A DNA stretch of 64,000 bases from the human T2T-CHM13v2.0 reference genome, Homo sapiens. The DNA lies in NCBI RefSeq assembly GCF_009914755.1, contig NC_060925.1. One strand, written 5' to 3'. Of the stretch, positions 12,775-27,520 are shown one piece after another. Made by a program: the position numbers and the translations under genes. Position 1 is the stretch's first letter. Every line of letters starts with the position of its first letter. The notes beneath the pieces are model-generated. The model was not told the DNA's origin and searched no databases. It saw nothing but the letters and a program-made list of their open reading frames with translations.

Positions 12775-14164
12775 CTTTATTGGCTAAACTCCCCCCACAG
12801 GACCTGAGTGAGCAGAAGGCTTTTCAGAATTACAGCCTGAACTATTTCTTGAGCAATTTGGGAACTCATTTCTAAAGCAGTCCTCAGATTCACACAACGT
12901 AGTTTGTGACGGAGTATGCCCAGAGCAGGTAGGAAAGGCAAAACAGCATTTTGACACTGAGGGATTTAGCAGAAAGATCTGACCCAACAAGTAAAAACTC
13001 TTTTAAAGGTTCAGTCAAATTTATTCTCATCACACTCCTCTGGAATGCCCAACAGGCACATGTTTTGTCAATGAAAATTGTTTTCAATCTCATTGATGTT
13101 TTGTTTGGCAAGAACCATTTCTTTCAACAATTTCTTATTAATCATCTATAATTTTTCACTTCTGACAGTGTTATCACCAGTGCTTTCAGTAACTGCATAC
13201 TTATAAAACAGCCAAACTTCAACCTGTGTTCAGTTTTTATCTGTTTCTTGGGAATGTAATTTGGACAAAAAAGTTACCAATGTATTTACAACCAAATTTC
13301 AGATCTTCAACATTACAGAGGGTAAGAAATGTGAACACAATGGAATTCTTCTATCATCCTTATTTTGTGAGATCTAATTAGTGTATACTCACCTTCCCAG
13401 TAATGTCATGTTAGCTTTCTCCCTGTCTTTGTGGCTTGTAGATTTCTGTCTCCAGGGGCATGGTTTGCATTGTGGTGATCCAGATATGGATAAGGCAACA
13501 TCCAGTGTCTTAATAGGGTCCTGCCTTCCAAACAAATAATTCACTGTGGCTCTAAGATTGTGTCTTTCTGCATATGCCAACTGAAGCTGTTTTAGCCAAA
13601 CTACCTTCTACATAGGCCTAGTGAAAATACCTTCAGGGCTAGATGAAGGTGTTTGGCATGCTTTTTCTTCCATGGTGGGGGCAACATTGGGCAGTGCTGC
13701 CTTCCTGGCTGTGAGCAGCTTGTGGGTCCCCAGGGACCATTTCACTGGACTTCAGCTTAAACATTGTTTATACATGGCCATCGATTTCCTTTACCAAGAG
13801 CTGCCAATCCAATGGCATTAGCCACACCTGCCATGCACTTCCACCCCTCCTCAACCAGGTGGTAAGCACAGGAGATGAACTGGTGTTAGGAGAAAAAGCC
13901 ATACCGATGGTCCAGTGCAGTGGGATAGCCAGGAAACTTGTTAGAAATTCAATTCCCTGGCCCCACCCTACATCTCTGGGTGATTTGGATATAGGCCATA
14001 ACATTTGAGAACTGCTGCTCTGGCTTAATACATCAGAATCTTCCACTTTATTATTTTATTTCCATATTTGTATATTCCTCTCTTCCCCTTTGACATTTTC
14101 TGTCATGGTTTTGCTTTCTAAATGTCTTTAAGCTGTCTTGTTGATGGGGGTGCACCCTGACGAA

Positions 14165-14340
14165 TGGTGTGCTGGCAAAGATTTAACAAAAGGCTCCAGA
14201 GGAGGGCAGACTTGAAGTGGAGCCTTCAGTGGGCAGTGTGAAGGGTGCTGATTTCAAACAACTCATCTGGTATGACTGAACATGAAGTTGGGAAGAGATG
14301 TGCATAATTGAAGTGGGTGAGAGCCAGTCCAGCACCCTGC
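14165..14340. mobile_element. MER63-like hAT MITE
   Basis: Ends tggtgtgctgg... / ...gagccagtccagcacc resemble MER63 TIRs. Confidence 0.5.
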
Positions 14341-14979
14341 AGAGAGGTAACAATAATTTTGTAGGTACTTCCTCAAATTTAACTCAATGGAGGTTTAGAT
14401 TGGGTTTAGATTGAGTCATTAGTTGCAGGTCATTTGTTGAATCATTGAATACTTTTGGTTGTTAAGGTGACTGAAATACTCAGTTGATGTCCTTTAAGAT
14501 CACTGAAAATATTTAAAATCAGCTTACATATGGTATTTTGGAAATGCCACATACGTAATGGATTAAAACCCACAACTATATTTGCTGCCTTTCCTATGCA
14601 TGTCCTGTCAAAATTATTTTTTGGTGGACTATAAGCCCTAAAACAACATGGACCTTGTTTTCCTCTCCATTATATTCTCATTACTTATACTCAGCATTGT
14701 TTAAAAAAAAGTTTGTTGATGTAATAAATGTGCAGTTGATATAATAATGTAATAAATGTATACTGCCATAACAAACTACGACAGACTAGGTGGCTTAAAC
14801 AACATTTATTTCCTCACAACTTTGGAGGCTAGAAGTCCAAGATCAAGGTGTCTGCAGGTTTGGTTTCCTCTGGGGCATTTCCCCTTGGCTTGTGGATGGC
14901 CATCTTCCACCTGGGTCTTCACAGTCTTCCCTTTGTACATGTTTGTGTCCAAATTTCCTCTTCTTATAAGGACATCAGT

Positions 14980-15672
<693 letters not shown>

Positions 15673-16980
15673 CCAGTCATATTGGATTAGGGCCCACCTG
15701 AATAACCTCCTCTTAATTTATTACTTCTTTAAAGACTTTATCTCCTCATACAGTTATATTCTCAGGCACTGGGCGTTAGGACTTCAACATATGAATCTAG
15801 GGGAGAGGGGAGATATAATTCAGCCCATTACAGTAATGATCAAAACTTCTATATTTTAAGGTTCTAATTGCATAAGGAAAAAACAAAACATCAATTGTGA
15901 ATTACAAGTATATTACACATATACATTTATGTTTACCTCGATATTATAACTTGTATTGATACAGCCTTATCTAAGAAGTGACAAACTAATATTTTATAAA
16001 TTGCAAAAGTATCTCTCCCACCTCTCCCCTCATCTCATACTGCCTTATTTTTGTTGCATGAGGTTTTTTTCCTGCCAAATGAGTTAGAAGAGTGGAAGAG
16101 ATGGAAATGTAGTTTGCATATACAGAAAAATTAGGTATTGAAACGTATGTACACATACTATATATATAACATATATGTATCTTGTGCTGTAAGAATAAAG
16201 TGTGGGCAATTTATCCTAGCACATACTTTCACTGTAAGGAAAATATCATTGGGGAGATTCAACTGCAAAAGTCTGATCTCACATTTCTGAGATTATTTTT
16301 TGATCTGATGACTATGAGAACAACACAAAAGTTCAAAGTGTGGAAAGTTTATAGAGCCTTTGGGGTGTCATTTTCTTGGGAATGAGTAGGCTCCAAAGAA
16401 GCTAGAACTTTCTGGGTTGAGACATAACTCCTCTGTAGTCTTCACGCTGACCAACTATGAAGAGGGCATCACGACACCTGACTTCTGGCCAGCTTCTTGT
16501 TTTTTCCTTATTAACACTCTGTCATCTTAAATCCTGTGGTGACGTAAGTGAATCATTACACAACACTTTGATTTTGATTTTACACTACAGGTTTTTTGTT
16601 TGTTTGTTTTTAGGGTAGGTGTAATTTTTTTGTTTCTTGTTGGGATTACTATCAGATTTTTAAAAATTATTTATTTTATAGCTTTTTAAGTTGGGGCTCT
16701 CTTTTGATCAGTCAGCTTTCCTTTAGAGATCCCCAGAATAATTTCAACATGCCTTGAGGGCATATGTTCTTATAATATAATAGCATGACTAAGTGGTTAT
16801 TGGCCACCAACCTAGCACAGTGAGGCATGCTGTTATTACACAATTACACACATCCTGGTGTGTGTCTTATTATGTAATTGTAATTCAAAGATGCTGCTGA
16901 AAGCAATTACATAAGTCCTGTTCATTTCACAGAGAATCGAAAGGGCAGAAGTAAAGCAGAGTCAAGCTCCTAGGCATTGA

Positions 16981-17298
<318 letters not shown>

Positions 17299-17526
17299 GG
17301 GCAGCCGTTCTTTAGATGGTATGTCACATCTCTTGATAGAAGATTAGGTGACCATTCTCAGGGCATTGAATTGGCACATTTTGACCTTCTTATCCAACAT
17401 TTCTTTTTTTCCCAGACAGCAAGCAACAATAGCAGCACCGTAATTTGTCGTTTTATATTTACTTTTAAGGTTTTCAATAAAGTAAAATGGAGTGATACAG
17501 TGATGATATTCTCTGCCTCTCTAGTC

Positions 17527-17631
17527 GGACTTTGAATTTTTATTCTGTGTGTCCAGGGGTATGACACATCTTGAATTCCAGGAGGACTTTGAATTTTTAT
17601 TCTGTGTGTCCAGGGGTGTGACATATCTTGA
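17527..17631. repeat. Direct repeat, two 48-bp copies at 57-bp period
   Basis: ggactttgaatttttattctgtgtgtccaggggt(a/g)tgaca(c/t)atcttga at 17527 and 17584. Confidence 0.95.
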
Positions 17632-18403
17632 GCAAATAAAATAAAGCTTACCTACTCCAAGTATAATAGAAACCTAGAAGACAGGGCAAGGAGAGTTGCT
17701 TCTATTACTCAGTGTAGCTCTCGGAGTCAGATAGCAAGGACCACTGGTTATACACATTGGGATTCCCTACTGTCAGACTATCCCTTAAGGTTCTCTTCTG
17801 ATGAAGGTTTTTGCATAGGTGTGCACTTCTGCAGAGGGGCTGGAAACTCCGCCAGGTAGAGTAGGAATTTTTCAACCTGCTCTATGGTTGTCCAGTTGAG
17901 GATGTGTTTGTGTGGTTTCTAAAACACATCGAGGAGCCATATAACAGGAGCCAATACTCATTTTTTTTTTGAATGAATGACTTGAGAAAGCAAGCTGCTT
18001 CCTCTTTTCTCTTTTTCCAATTTCTCCTCAAATCCCAAAGGATCTTTGAATATCACTGAGTTACTTGACAGGTTAGTGTCCAGTGAATTTACAAGAATTT
18101 GGTTTGGAAAGAGCAGGCTGTCTTCCTATGTGATAAGGAGTCCCTAGATAGCAGTGCCTTCTCTTGAGAATGCAGCTAAGCACACTCACAATTGTGCCTC
18201 TGTGCAGGGGATATCCCAAGTGGCCAAAAAGAGAAAGCAAAGCATGGAACCAGCTATTGAGTCTGTAATTTTATTGTGAAAACTTGGTACCAGTGTGATG
18301 GTAGATCATAAGTTTCTTGAGGACAAGGAGTGTGTCATTAATTTTGTGTCTCCAAGGCCAAGCCCAGGATTTGATGTATAGGAGATCTTTAAAACATGGT
18401 CCC

Positions 18404-18790
18404 TGCAATGGTTAATTTTATGTGCGACTTGGCTAGGCCCTGGTACCCAGATATTTGGTCAAAGATGTCTGGATATTGCTGCAAAGGTATTTTTTAGAAG
18501 AGATTAACATTTAAATCATAGACTGAGTAAAGCAGCTTAGCCTCTGTGATGGTTAATTTTATGTGCCATAATGTGAATGGACCTCATCCAATCAGTTGAA
18601 GGTCATAAGGAAAAGGCTGATCTCCACTGAGGAAGAGGAAATTCTGCCAGCAGACTGCCTTTGGACTCAAACTGCAACATCAGCTCTTCCCTGAGTCTCC
18701 AGCCTGCCCACCTAACCTGCAGATTTTGGACTTACCAGCCTCCATGATTGCATGAGCCAATTCTTTATGAATGAATGAATGAATGAATGT
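18404..18790 (+). mobile_element. MLT2 (ERVL) LTR ending in (GAAT)n
   Basis: tg..atggttaattttatgtg start; ccaatcagttgaagg and gcagactgcctttggactc motifs. Confidence 0.85.
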
Positions 18791-19539
18791 CTTCAACATC
18801 TTTGCTTTACTCTGATGCTCTCCCCTACCCCCACAATTCCAGTGAAGTGAGGAAAACTATTTTGCCAAGCCAAAACTTTGGATCTTTGCCCTAAAATCCC
18901 AGAGTCTTCCCTTTAAATAGAGAGTGAAAGCCCTGATACTGACAAGGATAAGACAGGGGAAAGATAATTTGGTGGGGGGGTGTTGAGGGAGGAGAAGAAT
19001 TCACCAACTCCCCTCAAAATCTCTGATTTCATATTTACTGTTAATATCCAATGTAAAAACAGTTGGCTTGATTTAAATGTCTTTGTTGGTTTCCCAAGCC
19101 CCATCACCACCACCACCACCGGCTCACCCTGCCAAGGCCTGAGATGCTGAAGACCACTTTTCAGCCTGATGTAATTTCTAACAGCTGAGATACTAAACAC
19201 TGAAAAATGGGGTTTATAATGGAAATGCTGACAGACTATTAACTATAGCAGCACTGCTCTAATAAGTGGAATGGCCTATCTTAATCTCTAGTTCATAAAT
19301 ATGCAAATACAAGACTGGAGATTTGCTCCAAAAAATGTCTCTATAATTTTAACTGACCTTTACTGATACCAAATGAGCCTGTTGCTTCAGTTTTTGTACG
19401 CTGGATATAAAGTACAGGAGATCCAGACGCCTGTCGGCCTAAAGTATATAAAGTTTAAACTGCCAGCTACTAAACTCTGGGCTCAGATTCCATTTCTCTT
19501 CACATTCACAGTCTTTATTGACATTTTCATTTTTTTTTC

Positions 19540-20224
19540 CCCAGGGGGTGTAAGCCGAGTCGGGGCGGGGCGGGGGGAACAAACCTTGTTCATCCCCCTT
19601 CCCCCACGACATTACTTCCACATTCACAGCGCCTGCCCAGCCAAAATTCATGGATCGCCTCAAGGACAAACAGGCCATCTACACTGAATTATAAATTTGA
19701 GTTTTATCCAGTTTTCTGCCTTTGGACCAAATGGGCAGCAAATCCAGTGACTTCATATTTAATAACCTAGATGTCATTTGTACTGTGTCTTTCAGCACAG
19801 AGTAAAGAATTGGATGGCTAGCAGTTTTGCAGATTTTTCCCCCTAATTATTTGAAGCTGTTCAGCCTGGTATTCGAACTATTGATGCAGAGCCAAATTGC
19901 CAGCAGGGGAGAGATCTGTCCAACCCAGGAGCTAAATGAGTCACTGAGAGTCAATCTGTTTTTCCCTTGCTGCTGGGGTTTCCTCTGGCCCTGGCCTCTC
20001 TGTCTCTCTGCTCCAGTCAGACACAGAGCTGCGGGCTCAGCCCTCATTGGCTCCTATCGCCTCCCATTCCCCTCCTCAGCCCTGCTTGCTGCAGCTGTTG
20101 ATGGGGTCTGACTGGCTGGCTGCGGAGATTCAGGGCCTCAATGACACCATAGTTGAGGCCTTGCTTTGACAGAAAATGAAGACATCTTTGCCTTGTTGCA
20201 TTTGCTTCTCCAGTAATACATCAG
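19540..20224 (+). promoter_or_regulatory. Candidate promoter/enhancer and first exon
   Basis: Repeat-free; GC box GGGGCGGGGC at 19562; AP-1 TGAGTCA at 19937-19943; inverted CCAAT at 20046-20050; donor CAG|gtatct at 20224. Confidence 0.4.
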
Positions 20225-22424
20225 GTATCTGGAGAGTAAGGCCCACAAGCAGAGTGTGTTGTTGGGGTGCGATGCCAGTTCATCAATTCCCGACGTCCAG
20301 TTTTCAGAGTGCTCTTCTACTTTTCCTAAGTCCAAATGGAGTCCTTGGTGCCAGAATCCTGCATGTGGTCATAAAATAACAAAAATAAAGGTCTGTGGAT
20401 GTGCTGGAGGTAGTGGCAGGGCAGAATGCCACCAACATAAGCCAGGCTTGCTGGAGTGGTCACTCTTCAAGCATTGGAGAAAAATTCACAGTGCTTCTAA
20501 TAACATATTTTTTTTTCCAGTAGAAACATTTTATTTCTAACAACATTTACTTAAAAACAAAATTCTTGTATTCTTCATGTAGGGTCAGTATTCAATTGCA
20601 CAAAAATATGCAGCCAACTTAAGAACTATATATAAGATTAAGACACCTGGTATTTCATGGTAAATGATTAAATTAACTAACACAGTTATATCCTGAACTT
20701 TGCCATTAGGAATGACAATTTTGTTCGATATGCATTGAGGATTGTGGGTAATCTAAACTGGTATGAGCTTTTTCTCTTTGAAACTCAAACAGAATTAAGG
20801 AACAGCATTCTCTGCAAACAGAATATGGAGTTTGAGAACAGCCACAAAAAATTCTCTTGTAGTAAGCTGAACTGCCCTAGGAGTACTCAGGAATTAGACA
20901 ACTCAGGAATTAGAGAATTAGAGAACTGGAGAAATGAGGGGGCGTGGATAGTAGGGAGAGAAAAATTGATTAATTGATTTACTATATTTTTCAAATAGAA
21001 GTATCTGGGAAAATAAGACAAAACAAGCAGAGTTGTTTCTTTTTCACAGTGAAGCCCCAGAGGGGTGAAAGCTTTGTTCTCCCTGGGTAGCAAGCTCTTT
21101 TTTCACATTTCCGACTGCATATTCCATATTTATGATGATTTTTGGTCTCTCTGTTCCTGGCTTGCTAGGTGGCAAGGGCAGTTAGAGAAAAAAGGCAGAT
21201 TTATGAAACACAGAAAAATTTCTGACTGAAATCAGGCTTGGATTTGTGAATCACTGTTTTTTCCCCCTGTGGTCACTCCTGTGATGAGGTCAACTGCTTC
21301 AATCCTTTAGGTTTTGTAGACAGGTTTCCGGATTCCAGGAGTCCCAGAAGGTCCAGGGAGCGCTCCCCACATTTTAGCCAGAAGTAATTAACTAAAACAT
21401 AAAGGCCCCACTTTCTCTTTTCACACTTTGAGCCACAGATCATCTAATTCCTAGCTTGAGACATCAGATTTCAGATCATTAGTGCAAAGCATCTTCCACA
21501 GGAGGCAATAAAATGTCACTTTATGTAACTCAGCTACAGTTACACTGCCTTCAGAAAGCAGGAATCTCCCTGAAAACAAATTTACATGAAAACAGTCCCA
21601 TTGTTTGAGAATTTATGCAAATGTTGCACAAAGGGGTTTGATAGTGATTTTAAAAACTTAAATCTTTATCACTGCCTCAAAGATATCCTGAGAAACTTGG
21701 TTACCTCTAAAGAATTCCATTGCACTTATTTTTTAAAATGCCTATAATATAGAGTTGTTTTAAAAATTTTCCCTAAACTCTAAACTTCTTTCTCAGCTTC
21801 AAAGCCTTCCGTAATGAATATCCTAAAGAGAGCCTAGTGCATATTGGTTTAACACTTACTAGGATCACTCATTACTAGTTAAGAAAATTGAAGATAACAA
21901 CCATAGCACCAAGTATTTTGAACAACATAAAATGTTTCTCCCGTGGGTGTAGCTCTTAGGGACCGCATGGGGATACACACCCCTCAGTGCTCAATCAGCA
22001 AAAGATGAAGCTGTAAGTGTCTCAATCCATGTTGATTGACTCTGAACTCCCCAGTGTTAGGAATCTGGATGTGTCCATTACTGCATGTTCAAACAATGAA
22101 CTGCCTGCACCAGAAATCTGATTTCTGTAGAAAGACATTAAGGGGCTGGGTGAGGAATAGGGTGTCAACCAAACGTTGTGATATTTTCCTTTGATTTTCA
22201 CTTTCTTTAAATTCTTTTCCATTTACTACCTAGTGACTGTCTGGCATTGGTACCCTCAGTTTCTTTTCTTCTGCTTTTCCTCCTAATTCAGTGTGGAAGA
22301 TGATCAAAGTATGACATTTCTTCTACCCCAGAGGCTGGCATTTCTGCAGGCACAAATGAGCTTGGTTTTCAAGCACTGCTCTTTGAACACAAGGAATTCC
22401 TTTAATGATCACGCCGGACTATAT

Positions 22425-22560
22425 AGACTTTGGAATCAGACTCTTTGAATTCCAGCTCTGCCATTTACCAACTTTGACACTTTGGGTAAGTCCTTTTAAC
22501 CTCTTTAAGCCTCAGTTTCCTTTTCTGCAAACAGGAATAATGATAACTAACAATAATAAT
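22425..22560 (+). mobile_element. MIR
   Basis: ccagctctgccatttac...aagcctcagtttcc. Confidence 0.8.
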
Positions 22561-23739
22561 AATAATCCTTTCTCATTGATTAAAAATAAACTGAGCTGCA
22601 ACTGCTATTCGTATGCTCTCAACATATGTGTGTGTGAGTATATATTTATTTTATATAGGTACCAATATACTATATACAGTATGATGTAAATAATAAAATG
22701 CAAAAAAGTAAACTAAATAATAAGGTTACAAAATAAACAAAAACAAATAATTTAATATTTTCTTTTTATCCTGCACAAATACTGGGAGCATTACTTCCAC
22801 TTTCAATAACCTTAATGCATGTAGTGTGTTTAGCAGGCTGCATAGCACAAAGTAGTACTCAGGATATGTTAGGTTATTACTTATGTTCATGCCTAAGGAA
22901 AAGTTTAATTGGCGAAACTTCAGTCATTCCTGCAATGGAGAACATTCTGTTTCCTTTGGCTTCTTTTTTGACGTGACTTTGCTCTTATATAAGCAGCAGA
23001 GAATGGCTGAGTTGTAAGTCAAACTCTTCCAACATGGAAGAAACTTATTGCACAGTTCTGGTCAGCATTTTTTTTCTGCTCAGGTGTGCTCTACATTCAC
23101 AATTATTTTCCACAAGGTTTCCTGTTTGAAGGAGGATTGGTGACTTCCCTTCCTTCAGACAAGCAATGATAACACAGTTGTGTTCCCTTGTGTGAGTCTG
23201 GGGTGACGTTGGCTCCTTGAGAAATGAAAACTTTATCATAAGAATCTGTGAAAATGGGGAAAATGGGAAAAGGAGGACAGATTCAAAATTGGAGGAAAAC
23301 AGGAAAATCTCTCTTCATCTTTTCTAATTGTTCTTTTAATGAAATCAGTACTGCCCTTTGGCATTAATGATCGTATGCGAAAGGTAAGACACATTGATTT
23401 TGGATTTTATTGTTGTAGCATGGAGTATAAGTCTAGATATTTGTATAAATATTCTTGGTAGTGATGCTTCTAATTTCACACTCATTTATTTGTTATTCCT
23501 AAGCATTGGTATATATGCTTAGCATTTACATCTATGTCAGGCCCTGTGCTACTTTGAGTGTGAATTTATCTTCTGAACAAAGAGAAGCAAACCAAGGGAA
23601 ATCCGGAAGCAAATCTAGCAAATCAGAAGCAAATCTTGCAAATGAGGAACACAAGATTTGCTAGAAAATTTAATGTGAACCAAGTAGTGATTGACCTTAC
23701 ATTTAAAAATTAGTATCAACCTTTCTTCTTGGAAGATCA

Positions 23740-24129
<390 letters not shown>

Positions 24130-24399
24130 TAAAAATCAAGGAATTAAAGGCAGAATAGAAATTTGCATTAATCTTGAGAAAAGTACTCAGTAAGTGCTCA
24201 GTAAGTATTTTAATTATGTTTTGGTTATTCTGGATCCACCGGGTGTCCAGGCTTAGAGATTTCCTTTATGTTCAGCCTTTTCTGTTGGCTTCACTCTTCT
24301 TGAAGCATAAAATCTTAATGTAGGCAATGGTGATGTGAGTGTGTTTGCATACTTTTTTTGTTCTTCTCTTGTTTCTGCACACAGAAAAGACCACATTTC

Positions 24400-24730
24400 C
24401 TGGTACTTAGGGGACTTGTGACTTGCACTAGCTAATGGGCTATAAACTGAAGTGGGACAATGTACATTCTGGGCCTAGGCATAGAAGAATGCTATGAGGT
24501 CCTCTTTGTCTTCTACAGTAGGGACATGACCAGATGGTGTAATCACCTTCAGCCTGGGTCCCTGAGGAACTACCTGGAGTTGCTCCTGGTGCCTGAGTAG
24601 CCCTAGGAGCAGAGCATCTCACTAACTTGTGATGAGCATGTAGTGAAACAAAATAGAAACCTTTGTTTTGATGATCCACTGGGATTTTAGGGTTAATTTG
24701 TTACCTCAGCATAATCCGGTCTATCCTGAG
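24400..24730 (+). mobile_element. Old MLT1 (J/K-like) LTR fragment
   Basis: 3' end ...aaacctttgttttg...gggattttagggttaatttgttacctcagcataa. Confidence 0.65.
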
Positions 24731-26129
24731 AGTTGCGGGGTTTTTAGTTTTTATGTTTTTATTTTTCCTAGAAAAAGCAGAGATGTCTAGATCTTTCTCT
24801 AAAAATGTTCTACTCTGAGAAATTGTGAGCAAAGTACCACGATTTAAAGCCATCAGGGGACTGAAGTGAGACCAACTTATGAAAAGATCAAGCAAAAGGA
24901 CTCAAATATTTGAAATAAACATACACGTCCTGCTGGTCAAGTGTGCACATTGGAGAGTCAGCACTGTGTAGTGATTCTTTAAGGGATTCATCTAGGGAAT
25001 TTGAATTGTGACAAGACTTTAACTTCATGAAAGATGAGGAAGAGTGCCCATTCAGGCTTTTAAAAGTGAGAAATAAAGGGTGACTTTTTAGTATGAGGTT
25101 TTCAGAACTTGAAAATAAAGAATTTGTACCACAAATATCTCTAGGAATGATGATCACTTAGGTCTCTGAGAAAAAGATCCACAAGAGTGAACCACAATTG
25201 GAAGCAAACAGAACTTATCAACACAGGAAAGTCCAGAGGGAAAATAACATTTTGGGTAAGAGCTCTCAAGTGTGTATCGAAGAGCTCCTAGTGTAACATT
25301 TTTTGTCATTGAGCTAATCTGGCATTATATAGGATGAAATCATTTTCTTAAATTGCTAACTAAGAGATGTCATGGAATAAAGCCCCTATGAGTAGAGTGG
25401 ATATAATCAATATTCTAAGTTTGAAAGATAGTGACATTTCTGATTCCCCTAGCAGCCTGGAAGTGGTGGTTGCATGGCAGGCTCTAAGGCTGACTTGTTG
25501 ACCTGTGAGGCTCTTTAAAATGTACTTTTAAGGCTGCTTTCTCCCTAATCTTAAACACTTGACCTTTGAGTCTGATATTCTTCAGTATTATTAGATTAGA
25601 TGATTAGTTATTAAATATACTGTCTCCAGCAAATAGGTAATTGTGTAATGCAATGGCCCTCAGCCTTTCCAGGCCATGTTCCCAAGACATTTAGAGTTAG
25701 AACACTGAGTCCTTTTGTAGTAGGAATCTTTAACCCTTTCTGTGGGTCGAAGAACGTACAGGGGTTTCCCTAGGTCTCAAAATCAGCTGACTGACGAAGG
25801 GCAGTAAAAAATGTAGAGTGTCACATGTTTTTGAGAGCCATAAAATTCAAAGATCACAGAACTTTTATCACATTTATGCCCACATAAGACTGAGTAATAC
25901 ATACACCAAGATTTTCCCTGTGACAAGCTGGGTGTGATGAACAAATCTAGGTCCTTCCCAGGCTTTATGTTGGGAGTTTGAGAAAAGCTTAAGCACTGTT
26001 TTGCAACCAAAAGCATGCAGGTGTTAAAGTTTTAAATGTCTCTATTGCTTCTTGCCAAATTTTGCCTGGCATGAAGGGTTGGGGATGGAGAGGGGACGAA
26101 GAATAGAGGGAGGGACAGGATCTAGCATA

Positions 26130-27520
26130 TTTTGATTCCTTAATATATGCAAAGCACAGTGCTAGGCATTTTACATATACAGATTCATTTAATCGTCCCC
26201 TAAATAGAAATAAAGTTTGTGTTATTAGTCCTCATTTTGCATTTAAGGAGCCTGAGGCTCAGAAAAGATAAAGTTGCCTAAGTCCAAACAGCCAGTAATT
26301 GAATTAGAATTTGAACTTGAGTTTGAAGTTCTTATTCTTTCCAATGTCTCACAATGTCTTTATTTTATTAAGTGCCTACTACATATAGATAAGGTGTTAC
26401 TCATGTTGGCAGAAAAGGTAAGATGGTCAGGAAAATCTAGGAATGAATTATCCATGTCCTGTTTTTTAATTCAGTGTTTTTGGTAGCACAGTGTAAGGAA
26501 CACAAAAGTACTGAGACACAATGATCTCTCCTTAAATTCGAAGCCGTAACCTATTTGAGAAGGCAAAGCATCATGTATCAAAGAATTCCTAAATTGGATG
26601 CTATGAATAAGTCCAAAAGTTCCCAGAGGTAGAGTAGAATACCTCTGATCTTGTAAAATAGCCAAGATTTGGATAGAAAGGGCATTTCAGGTACACGGCA
26701 TGGGAAGCCATGAACTGAGGAGTGATGGTTTTGCAGAAAGACCAGCCTGGCTGGGGAGGAGGAGCTGACTGCTCTGATTACCTTCCCCTGCCCTGGTCTA
26801 GACTGGTCCTCTGTGCTCCTCTCTCATTGCCTTTATCACACCCAGATAATTAACCACATGTGATGTATGTGCATCCATCTTCCCCTGTGAACTCCTTGGG
26901 AATAGGGGCTGCCACCTATTCACCTTCTTATTCTCAGTGCTTAAAGCAGTCCATAAAGCCCATTAGGTGCTCCATAAATAATTGTGAAGTAGATGGATGG
27001 AAAGATGGATTTAGATGAAAGGATGAATAGTGGATGATACATTTAGAACAAAAAAGGGAACCAAATTGACACAGAGGCAGGAAAAATGTTGAGCCAGATA
27101 TGACAGTAAAAAGTTCTTGACTGAGTGTGTAAACAAATACAAATAGTATTTATGAGTGGGTTAGAATGATGAAAGACTAGGAGAACTGAGGTGATTAGAG
27201 CATGCATCAGTGAAAGTGAGAATGAGGAAGAATGAGGAATTGAAGTCAGAGAGTAGGGAGCAACCATGGGCTTTGGTTAGAGCTCTGATGGAAGGGAGAG
27301 GAGAGAATGGGCATCCTCTAGGAAGAAATGTGGGGTGCAGGGAAAAGGATATTGTTTTAGGAAATAATGAGGACACTTCTAGACACATTGAAAAATTGTA
27401 AAATGAGCTTAAATGATGATACTGAGCATTAAGTGCTAAGAGGGGCATTCAGGGTGACTTTAAGTATTTTGGAAAATATATGGAAAGAGGCTGGGAGTAG
27501 AGATGTGGATGGCTGGACAG
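26130..27520. mobile_element. Cluster of MIR and L2 fragments
   Basis: MIR core at ~26230-26290; L2 3' end (tgtgaactccttggg...gctccataaataattg) at ~26880-26985; purine-rich antisense L2 segments. Confidence 0.6.

Noticed and set aside
17527-17631. Repeat-spacer-repeat resembling CRISPR
   Set aside because: Only two copies, 9-bp spacer, eukaryotic context and no cas genes
19540-19670. CpG island
   Set aside because: Too short and too few CpGs; kept only as a GC-box element
21599-21622. CATTGT...ATGCAAAT as a Sox-Oct composite
   Set aside because: 10-nt spacing is non-canonical
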